A DNA stretch of 56,603 nt, the filler included, from Nitrospiraceae bacterium (lineage in GTDB: Bacteria; Nitrospirota; Nitrospiria; Nitrospirales; UBA2166), in NCBI GenBank assembly GCA_002726235.1. It is 3 parts of 3 records of this genome, joined end to end, with 100 filler letters (N's around TTAATTAATTAA, not from the genome) between each part and the next. Parts side by side here need not be neighbours in the genome. Positions count along the whole stretch, not along the records: positions 22,990 to 49,184 come from PBSN01000015.1; positions 49,285 to 56,603 come from PBSN01000024.1; 1 more part is not named here. One strand, written 5' to 3'. The notes under the pieces were generated by a model. That model worked only from the letters and a program-made list of their open reading frames with translations. It was not told the DNA's origin and made no database searches. Below are positions 43,970 through 52,226 of the stretch, piece by piece; the stretch's first letter is position 1, and the number at the start of each line of letters is the position of its first letter. Position numbers and translations under genes: made by a program.

Positions 43970-45223
43970 TTAAGGGTACAAACCTCTTGCCAAATGGGCT
44001 TGCGCGACGGTATCAATTCCACGCATCAGGGCGGCTGTCCTCATGCTGATGCCGTTATTTCTTGAAAATTCCATAGTTCGATGAAAGGCTGACTTTAGGA
44101 TGCGATGAAGCCGTTCGCGAATATCTTGCTCTTCCCAAAAGTACTTCTGCACATCCTGTACCCATTCAAAATATGAGACGATGACTCCACCCGAGTTCGC
44201 GAGAATGTCGGGAATCACCATTACTCCCTTTTTTTCCAAAATCAGATCGGCTTCGAGGGTCGTTGGCCCATTCGCAGCTTCTACAAGGATCTTGCATTTG
44301 ATGTGCCGCACGTTCTTCTTTGTGATTTGCTCGGAAAGCGCCGCGGGAACTAGAACTGTACAGTCCAGTTCAAGCAATTCCTGGTTTGTCACAGGTGTTG
44401 TGTTTGGGAATGTTTCCAAGAGGCGTCCTTCTGATTGATGTCGCATAAGCGCGTGAATATCCAGTCCATCCGTATTGTAAATTCCCCCCGTGGATTGACT
44501 GACAGCGACTACTTTGGCTCCCTTTTCGTGAAACGTTCTAGCAGCATGAAACCCAACATTGCCAAATCCTTGCACCACGACCGTGGCATCTTCGACTGGA
44601 ACCTTGAGCATGTCCAGAGCCTCGAGGGCGACAGTAACAACACCGAGGCCAGTCGCTTCCTCGCGTCCACGGCTTCCGCCAATCACAATGGGCTTTCCGG
44701 TGACCACTCCGGGAACGGCATAGCCGCGCTGCTGGCTGTAGGTGTCCATCATCCATGCCATAGTCTGAGCATTTGTTCCCACATCAGGAGCCGGAATGTC
44801 CTTGTCAGGACCAATGACCGACACAAACTCTGACGTATAACGTCGGGTCATGCGTTGGAGTTCGTTTCGAGACATCGTTCGTGGATTACATCTCACTCCG
44901 CCTTTTGCCCCACCATAGGGAAGATTCACCAACGCGCACTTCCAAGTCATCCACATGGCCAATGCGGCAACCTCTCCAAGGTTTACATCGGGATGATAGC
45001 GAATGCCGCCTTTGGTCGGTCCTAAAGCGCTATCGTGTTGTACGCGATAACCGGTGAACACTTGGACGCTGCCATCATCCATCCGTGTGGGAATTGACAC
45101 GACGACTGCGCGTTGCGGAAGCCTTAGTCGCTCACGGAGGTTGGAATCAAGTTTCAACATATCCGCAGCGTGTTCGAACTGCTCAGTTGCGAGACGGAAA
45201 GTTGGCGTATCACATTCTTTCAT
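43970..45223 (-). CDS. gdhA: Glu/Leu/Phe/Val dehydrogenase (glutamate dehydrogenase)
   Basis: GPTKGGIRYHP, GGAKGG, PAPDV, QGFGNVG, EAANGP. Confidence 0.92.
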   Translation of the reverse strand: MKECDTPTFRLATEQFEHAADMLKLDSNLRERLRLPQRAVVVSIPTRMDDGSVQVFTGYRVQHDSALGPTKGGIRYHPDVNLGEVAALAMWMTWKCALVNLPYGGAKGGVRCNPRTMSRNELQRMTRRYTSEFVSVIGPDKDIPAPDVGTNAQTMAWMMDTYSQQRGYAVPGVVTGKPIVIGGSRGREEATGLGVVTVALEALDMLKVPVEDATVVVQGFGNVGFHAARTFHEKGAKVVAVSQSTGGIYNTDGLDIHALMRHQSEGRLLETFPNTTPVTNQELLELDCTVLVPAALSEQITKKNVRHIKCKILVEAANGPTTLEADLILEKKGVMVIPDILANSGGVIVSYFEWVQDVQKYFWEEQDIRERLHRILKSAFHRTMEFSRNNGISMRTAALMRGIDTVAQAHLARGLYP

Positions 45224-45292
45224 ACCGACAGAGTCTCCTCTCGTCTACTCTCACAATTAGTATGGTATGACTGGCAATCCCTATTTATGTCC

Positions 45293-46408
45293 TCACGCAT
45301 TGATGTTTGCGAGAGTTTGCCATTCCATGCCGAAAGTTTCCGCTACGCCACGACAATACACACTGCCATCGAAGAGATTCAGTCCTGATGCAACGGCAGG
45401 ATCTTTATTGATTGTTTGCTGAAGGCCAAGTTTTCCCACTCTACGAATCATCGGAAGTGAGGCATGCGTGAGTGCTCGAGTTGATGTCTGTGGCACAACA
45501 CCAGGCATGTTCGTGACACCATAGTGCAAGATACCCCCTACATCGAACACAGGATCGCGGTGTGTTGTCGGCTGCGACGTTTCAAAACATCCTCCTTGAT
45601 CAACAGACACATCTACAATGACCGATCCGGGTGTCATTAGTGAAACCATCTCCTGTGTTACCAGCAGTGGAGTTCGTGATCCCACCACGTGGACAGCGCC
45701 GATAGCGAGGTCAGTATCACACAGTGTATCCTGCACAATTGCGGTGTTCGCTATAAGCGTAGTTACTTGATCACCATATCGATCTTGGTGTCGCTGGAGC
45801 TGGCGATGATCTTCTCCCAAAATCGTTACACGTGCGCCAAGGCCTATTGCGATCATTGCCGCATTACTTCCGACGACACCACTACCGAGAATGGCCACAT
45901 GTCCTGGTGAGGCACCCGAAGCGCCGGAGAGCAGACAGCCTTTCCCGCCGTGCTGCTTCTGAAGAAAACTTGCTCCGATTTGCACGGAGAGGCGTCCCGC
46001 GATTTCACTCATCGGGATCAACAATGGGAGACTTCCATCAGGCAACTGAACTGTTTCATATCCGATGGCGGAAATATTTTTTTCGAGTAGTGCATCCATC
46101 ACATCGCGGTGCGTTGCTAGGTGAAGGTAGCTGAAAAGAATTTGCCGCTGACGCAATAGGCGGCATTCCGCGAGTGTTGGCTCCTTCACCTTCACGACCA
46201 ATTCCGCTTGCTCAAAGAGCTGTTCTTCTGACATCATGATGACTGCGCCTGCCGTCGTGTATTGATGGTCTGAAATCCCGCTCCCGATACCTGCAGACTG
46301 TTCAACGAGTACTTGATGCCCATCGCTGACAAGTAGGCCTACTCCTTCCGGAGTGATCCCGACACGATATTCATCAATTTTTCGTTCTTTGGGGATGCCG
46401 ATAACCAT
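45293..46408 (-). CDS. ald: alanine dehydrogenase
   Basis: IGIPKE, KVKEP, PMSEIAGR, DVSVDQGGC, NMPG. Confidence 0.93.
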   Translation of the reverse strand: MVIGIPKERKIDEYRVGITPEGVGLLVSDGHQVLVEQSAGIGSGISDHQYTTAGAVIMMSEEQLFEQAELVVKVKEPTLAECRLLRQRQILFSYLHLATHRDVMDALLEKNISAIGYETVQLPDGSLPLLIPMSEIAGRLSVQIGASFLQKQHGGKGCLLSGASGASPGHVAILGSGVVGSNAAMIAIGLGARVTILGEDHRQLQRHQDRYGDQVTTLIANTAIVQDTLCDTDLAIGAVHVVGSRTPLLVTQEMVSLMTPGSVIVDVSVDQGGCFETSQPTTHRDPVFDVGGILHYGVTNMPGVVPQTSTRALTHASLPMIRRVGKLGLQQTINKDPAVASGLNLFDGSVYCRGVAETFGMEWQTLANINA

Positions 46409-46507
46409 CTCGGTCTATTGTAGCTATTCAGCTTTATGGGAGGAAACGGCAAAAAAATCTAAAACTGTCCCTGAAGTTCCTTGAACCTGCTCAAGGTCTA
46501 AAACAGA

Positions 46508-47239
46508 CTATCCCAGCGCGTGGTCAATGTCTTCACAAATGTTTGCAGCAATCGCTCGTGGATCGTGCGCATTTTTGATTGGCCGTCCAACGACCAGATA
46601 ATCCGCGCCATTTTTTATAGCCTCAGCAGGAGATACAACACGCTTTTGATCATCGTGATCAACTCCTTGTGGACGAATTCCTGGACAAACGATGATGGGA
46701 TCTTTTCCAACATGATCCCGTAGCATTGCCACACTGTCACCTGAACAAATCAAGCCGTCACTTCCATGAGCGAGACTGTATTTCGCTTTCCACACGATAA
46801 AATCGTCAAGTGTGCGCTGTGGTCTATCGGGGCCAATCATACCGAGTGTATGCAAGTCCTGCTCATTGAGACTGGTGAGAACCGTGACGGAAAGGAGTTG
46901 TAGCCGCGATTCTCCCTTTGCCTCCTTTGCAACTCTCAGGGTCGTTCCCATTGCACTCATGGTGACAAAGCGAACGCCAGCTCCAGTCGCATAGGAGATC
47001 GTCCGTCTGATTTGGTCCGGGATATCGTCGGGAATTTTAAGGTCAAGGAACACCGTAAGTCCACGCTGCATGATTTCGGATACTATTGCTGGACCTTCTG
47101 CAAAAAATAAAGCCCACCCAACCTTGTAAAACGAGACAAGCCCATCAAGTTTCTCAATAAGCCGAAATGCCTCGTTCCTCTTCGTCACATCAAGAGCAAC
47201 GATTAGGCGGTCTTGTGGCGAAATCAGCGCACGAGCCAT
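46508..47239 (-). CDS. pyrF: orotidine-5'-phosphate decarboxylase
   Basis: IVALD, FLDLK, VTVLTS, PGIRP, DDQKR, VVGRPI. Confidence 0.93.
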   Translation of the reverse strand: MARALISPQDRLIVALDVTKRNEAFRLIEKLDGLVSFYKVGWALFFAEGPAIVSEIMQRGLTVFLDLKIPDDIPDQIRRTISYATGAGVRFVTMSAMGTTLRVAKEAKGESRLQLLSVTVLTSLNEQDLHTLGMIGPDRPQRTLDDFIVWKAKYSLAHGSDGLICSGDSVAMLRDHVGKDPIIVCPGIRPQGVDHDDQKRVVSPAEAIKNGADYLVVGRPIKNAHDPRAIAANICEDIDHALG

Positions 47240-47414
47240 GGTGAAGTGTGGGAGTGCGAAGTCAAGGTTTGCTTCCAAGTATTGACACTATCGGCGGATC
47301 TTATACCACGGGAAGAATGCAATCTCATACTACATAGTCATGCGCAAGAAGCAAAGCGGAGAGTGTGGTTAAGATTGCAGGGATCTGGTCTTCAAATGAG
47401 TGATGCGGGATGCT

Positions 47415-47452
47415 CTGGCAGGAATCGAACCTGCGACAACTGGATTAGAAGT
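47415..47452 (-). repeat. partial duplicate of the tRNA-Arg 3' half (att-like core)
   Basis: 37 of 38 nt match 47657-47694. Confidence 0.85.
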
Positions 47453-47648
47453 TCGGTCCACCCTTGTAACGCCACACTACACCACCCTACGTAAGACTAC
47501 GTAGGATACTCTCAAGTCCTTACCAGCGCACTGTTTCGTTGATTATTGTTGTCTGATGTTGCATGGCGTAGTTCTGGCTAACCGTACCAAAAACCGGACT
47601 CTTGAAGAATTGAAAATTGTGTGAGGTGACGTAAGTGATTGAAATGAT

Positions 47649-47725
47649 TGGCGCGCCTGGCAGGAATCGAACCTGCGACAACCGGATTAGAAGTCCGATG
47701 CTCTATCCTACTGAGCTACAGGCGC
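47649..47725 (-). tRNA. tRNA-Arg(TCT)
   Basis: GCGCCTG/CAGGCGC acceptor stem, TCGGA-CTTCTAA-TCCGG anticodon arm, GTTCGATT, CCA. Confidence 0.96.
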
Positions 47726-48320
47726 ATCCCCTCAGCCGTCAGATGTAACGTAAGCGCTGCAGGAGGTCAAGGGGAAAGAGATGTTCAGTGACAAAAGGGC
47801 GGTGGCGCATTTGCCCCACGATCCTCGACCTGACGAGAATGCATCTCAAACGCAGTATAGACGTTTTGAGATGATTAGCTATACAAGTTTTCGTGAGATG
47901 GTGAAAAATCACACAATTTGAATGGATGGCTGATGCTTATGAAGATGGGATCCACGCAATTTTCGACGCGTTGTGGATGCTGGGGAAGCTTTTTCGGAAC
48001 CACAAATGCCTACAGGCGATGGTCATTTGACAGTGATGATGGAAACAGCCTCCCCAGCAAAACCATTTCTAGATGGGACATGGGAGATTTGGGGAAGAAA
48101 GCTGGTCAAGAGGGCTGATGGGGGAGAATATCAGATTGCTTGCCAATTACAAAATAAGCCAAAATCACCCGAACATTGGACCGGGTCTCTGCATGGACAA
48201 TGCGTGCTTCAGCTCATGCTTTAATGTTCCAGAAGCAGTTTTTATTTCAATGTATGCCACTTGATTTAATTTAAAGCAAAAAGCAGTGACAATTATTGAT
48301 TGTTATGTTTAAAGTTTTTA

Positions 48321-48358
48321 TTGACAGCGTGCGTGCATGATGATATAACACGCACGCT
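48321..48358 (+). promoter_or_regulatory. sigma-70 promoter overlapped by a 10-bp inverted repeat
   Basis: TTGACA-N17-TATAAC with extended TG; AGCGTGCGTG-N13-CACGCACGCT at 48326-48358. Confidence 0.75.
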
Positions 48359-48413
48359 TCCTAATGGTGTTGCTAGGAAGGGTTGCTGTATTGTTGCTGG
48401 AGAGTGTGGGCGA

Positions 48414-48929
48414 ATGGCGGAAGAGTTTAAAGATATTATTGTTGGCCTTGAGCAGAGAATCAAGAATTATCGAACTCGCTTGAAAGATGTTGAGAAAAAG
48501 CGAGAAAAACTCTCCGATCAGGTCGAAACGATACAAAAGTACTTAGAAGTAGCAGAAACCCTCTACAGAGTCGAAGTGGATAAAGCCAAACTGGCAAGTT
48601 TGTCCACCCAAATCACGACCGAGGATGTGGCGAACAACTCGCCTGCCATTTCGGGCTCAGATGCCGAGGATCAAGCCCGGGACATTCTTCTTGGACGAAG
48701 CCGATTTTCTCGTTTGAATATCCCCGATGCGACTTACAAAATTCTGTCCGAAACGCGCAAACCAATGCACGCCAAGGATCTCTATCAGCGATTGCTGGAG
48801 GGGGGAATCCACATCAGAGGGAAAACGCCGGTGACGTCAATTGCTACCGCGGTAAAACGGGATAAACGCTTTAGAAAGGTTCTGCCGAATACCTTTGAAT
48901 TGGTAGAGGACAAGAACGTAGGGACTTAG
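48414..48929 (+). CDS. coiled-coil plus C-terminal winged HTH (HARE-HTH-like) protein
   Basis: Heptad-rich N terminus; ATYKILSETRKPMHAKDLY...GKTPVTSI...DKRFRKVLPNTFEL. Confidence 0.75.
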   Translation: MAEEFKDIIVGLEQRIKNYRTRLKDVEKKREKLSDQVETIQKYLEVAETLYRVEVDKAKLASLSTQITTEDVANNSPAISGSDAEDQARDILLGRSRFSRLNIPDATYKILSETRKPMHAKDLYQRLLEGGIHIRGKTPVTSIATAVKRDKRFRKVLPNTFELVEDKNVGT

Positions 48930-49074
48930 GTGAGCATGATGGTCAGCAATATCGGGAGGAATTCTAAGCCCTGCGGGCCTGAAACTATATACGAAAGGGT
49001 GGTTGTTGAATAAATCGTTCCCTTGGAGAGTCGGGTTTAGTCATTTTCATTAACTTAAGGAGGAGGTGAACTCA

Positions 49075-49184
49075 ATGCCAGTGAAAAAGAAACCAGCTGC
49101 TAAGAAAAAAGCAGTGAAAAAGAAACCAGCTGCCAAGAAAAAAGCAGTGAAAAAGAAACCAGCTGCCAAGAAAAAAGCAGTGAA
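49075..49184 (+). CDS. histone H1-like Lys/Ala/Pro-rich protein, truncated by contig end
   Basis: AAGGAGGAGGTG RBS; MP(VKKKPAAKKKA)x3, encoded by a 33-bp tandem repeat. Confidence 0.75.
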
Positions 49185-49284
49185 NNNNNNNNNNNNNNNN
49201 NNNNNNNNNNNNNNNNNNNNNNNNNNNNTTAATTAATTAANNNNNNNNNNNNNNNNNNNNNNNNNNNNNNNNNNNNNNNNNNNN
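49185..49284. other. artificial contig spacer
   Basis: N-run + TTAATTAATTAA + N-run. Confidence 0.98.
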
Positions 49285-49952
49285 AATGGAGATTCTAAAG
49301 GTAGAACTTAGAATTCACAAAAATATTAGTGCCATTATTACAAGAACACGTTTCAAAGTACATTTTTTTAATTCGAATTCAAACACAAAAATTTAAATAA
49401 AATTACCCAAAGCAAAACCCCCCCAAAATCCCATAGCATTACTAATATTATTAGTAATGTTAAGCCAAAGGAAAAAGCGAAAAATTATTACTAGAAATAG
49501 TAATATTAACAATGGAGCAAATGAACCGAGATTATTCGGTCGGGTAAGTTGCATGGAATTAAAGGCGGTGTGCGCTTTTTAATAGGATTTTGCGTCAATT
49601 TTTTTTTTTTTTGCACAAATTTTACGTCAATTTTAATTTTAATTCGGAAGGATGTACATTTTGTACACAAAGATTAAGACAAAAACAATAATTTGATTGT
49701 ATTTATTATCTAACTCAAAATTGATTGTAATAAATATCTAACTCAATATTGGAATATAGACAAAAGTAGAAAAGACAAAAGAGTATCGAAGACAAGACAG
49801 AAACACGCGGGAAAGTAAACGCCCGAACGGAAGAAAAGGTTTAATTCAGACAGGAAGTAGTAACTCTACAATAGTGTCCACTATTCTAATCAGACGAGAC
49901 CTGATTAAGTTAGACTGAGTAGAGAATATCGATTAGTTATACCTAATTGATT

Positions 49953-49963
49953 GAAAGGGGGAA
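49953..49963 (+). other. polypurine tract
   Basis: GAAAGGGGGAA immediately before TGTTAG. Confidence 0.65.
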
Positions 49964-50070
49964 TGTTAGAGAGATGATTTCAGTGTGAAAAGGGAAAGAT
50001 TCATGTGTGAATGATATCAAGAAAGTGAGTGTTAAATCATTGAATGTCATGAATGAAATACCCTCTAACA
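49964..50070 (+). repeat. candidate short LTR (107 bp)
   Basis: TGTTAGAG...CTCTAACA 8-bp terminal inverted repeat with TG...CA ends, preceded by the PPT; no second copy in the window. Confidence 0.55.
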
Positions 50071-50699
50071 AGGCAATACTTCCACAAATACTCAATTCCA
50101 ATATACCAAATACCATAGGAATATAGATAACGAATTATCTCTAAATAAGTTATTTGAAATCATTGGTAAGTACAAAGAGTCTAAATGAATGTTACATAAC
50201 ATTCTATATTCCTTAACACCAAAAATACGTTAAATCTATTTATACACATTACACACTATTATTAGTCTTAAAATGCCTTAAAATGCCCTCCCAATATTAA
50301 TAATATTAATATTAAGTCCCAAAATGCCTTAAAACCCTCCCCCTCTTCAGTGTTTAACACTTTCTAGTACAAAATACAAGTAAAATCCTCTAAACCTCAA
50401 GCCTCCTTCAAAATCCCGAAATAGCCTTCAAAATCCAGAAACAAAAATATTTTCCGACCCCCACTGTCAAACCCGAAAAGAACAATTTTTGTTATTACAA
50501 AAATAACAATAATATTTTCTCCGACCCCCACTTTCTCGTCGTAAAGGAACAAAAAGTGTTTAAAGACAAAACACAAAGTATTTTTAAAGACAAAAATACT
50601 ACAGACACAGACAAAAAGTGTTTACAGACAAAACACTCAGACAAAAGACAAATAAACCAGACATTGTGTAATAAAACTAAACAAAACAAAGGTAACACA

Positions 50700-52160
50700 A
50701 TGCCGGAAGGACTGCTAATTCCGGAAGACAATGAATTGCTTGCGGATTTATCCGACATGCAAATACACTTGTTAGCAAGTGTAGAAGAAGTAGCGCACGT
50801 TAACAAAAGTCGTCAGGAAATCATTGAAAAATTGGTAGAAAAATCAAACAGATTTGACGAAAACAGCGAGTTAAGACTACTTCCAGCAACAACCCTCAAA
50901 AACCTAGCAAGCACATTAGGGTTGTCACAGACAGGCAGTAGGGATAGCATAGCAAAAAGAATTGTTCAACAAGCAAAGGATGCAGAAAACAACCAACAAG
51001 AAAACAACAATGAACACCATGCTTATGATCCGTCTACGATGCCAGCAAACAATCCCAGGTCAATAGAGATTATACCTCTAGAAAGCATCCAATCAAAAGT
51101 AAAAGTGGAAAATTGGATACAAGATATCAAAATAACGGCTCAAGTCCGTCAAGTTGAAGGAATCCTAGACAGTTTGTTAGAAAAAGAAATTGATGAACAA
51201 GGAAGACAAATAATCTACCAAGGATTAAATGGTCTTCAAACACAAACGATGCAACTAATCTTGCAAGGAATCAGGAATTCCTTGGGTGAAAGTTTAGCTG
51301 TAACACTATTTTCTGATTTACGCTCGGGTAAATGCAAAAATAGGCGTGAGTGTATCATTGACTGGGCAAGAGGATACACAGGAGACTTAGGAAATGCGAT
51401 TGAAGCTAAAGCAATCAAAAGTTTCCACGAATTAAGTTTCAAACGCTCAAAAACAGACCTTCACTCATGGGTCTCACAACTACGCCAGCATGCCACTGAC
51501 TTTGGCATCACAATTCCAGAAGGAATTGCGCGTGAGTCCATGGTTCGTGAGAAAATTCTCACGAACATAAAAGAAAACGTGAGTGATACAGTAAAATTAA
51601 TATTGAATAGTTTTAGATTGAAAGAATGCGTAGACAAAGGGCGCGAGGTCGATGATCTCGTACAACAGCTATCAAAAGAATTCTTCAAGTTGACAGAGAA
51701 AGGAGAACAACAGTGTCAAGTGTTCTCAGTACAATTTCAAGGTCAAGGTGGTAAAAACTCATTCAATACGTTTTACAATGGTAAAAACAACAGCAATGGT
51801 AAAGGAAAAGGGAAAAAGACATTCCCTGGAAAAGGCAGTAAATGGAATAATACTGGATACAATAGTCAAAATCAAGGTTATCAGAATAATAATAGTAATG
51901 CTGGAGACAAATGGTGCACTAGATGCGCAGCCTTTTATTCTGATAACGGATGGCCAATCAATTACAGATTGGTCCAGTCACACAATCAAGCACAGTGTAG
52001 GATCTCACAGCAGAAAAATGAGAAAAATGCTGGAAACAAACCAAACAAAGGGGGCGGAAAGAACAACACAGTCAAGAAGGATAACCACAAGAAAGGCAAA
52101 GGAGGTGGAAAAGGAAAGGGAAAAGGTAAAGGGAAGAAAGGGGGTGGTAAAAATTCGTGA
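50700..52160 (+). CDS. gag: retrotransposon Gag
   Basis: First ATG at 50700; SAP-like N terminus, CX2CX18HX4C knuckle, G/K-rich tail; precedes pol. Confidence 0.8.
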   Translation: MPEGLLIPEDNELLADLSDMQIHLLASVEEVAHVNKSRQEIIEKLVEKSNRFDENSELRLLPATTLKNLASTLGLSQTGSRDSIAKRIVQQAKDAENNQQENNNEHHAYDPSTMPANNPRSIEIIPLESIQSKVKVENWIQDIKITAQVRQVEGILDSLLEKEIDEQGRQIIYQGLNGLQTQTMQLILQGIRNSLGESLAVTLFSDLRSGKCKNRRECIIDWARGYTGDLGNAIEAKAIKSFHELSFKRSKTDLHSWVSQLRQHATDFGITIPEGIARESMVREKILTNIKENVSDTVKLILNSFRLKECVDKGREVDDLVQQLSKEFFKLTEKGEQQCQVFSVQFQGQGGKNSFNTFYNGKNNSNGKGKGKKTFPGKGSKWNNTGYNSQNQGYQNNNSNAGDKWCTRCAAFYSDNGWPINYRLVQSHNQAQCRISQQKNEKNAGNKPNKGGGKNNTVKKDNHKKGKGGGKGKGKGKGKKGGGKNS

Positions 52161-52226
52161 CTATCTCGCCATCAGTCGCAAACTTCAGGTTACTGGAGTA
52201 ATACAGGAAATACCGATGCGACTGAT
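52158..52226 (+). promoter_or_regulatory. probable stop-codon readthrough signal (UGA-CUA plus 3' stem-loop)
   Basis: Single in-frame TGA; ATCAGTCGCA (52171-52180) pairs with TGCGACTGAT (52217-52226). Confidence 0.75.

Noticed and set aside
43482..49184. CRISPR array suggested by the 18-bp and 33-bp repeats
   Set aside because: Both are head-to-tail coding repeats without spacers; no cas genes.
49185..49300. Horizontal transfer of an LTR retrotransposon into a bacterium
   Set aside because: The junction is a spacer; there is no target-site duplication or shared contig. Contamination is simpler.
49437..49459. Perfect palindrome CATTACTAATA-T-TATTAGTAATG
   Set aside because: Real, but in very AT-rich low-complexity DNA with no assignable role.
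52158..52160. UGA reassigned to Trp or Sec in the eukaryotic host
   Set aside because: It is the only in-frame TGA in gag-pol, the other Trp residues use TGG, and it lies at a domain boundary rather than a catalytic site.
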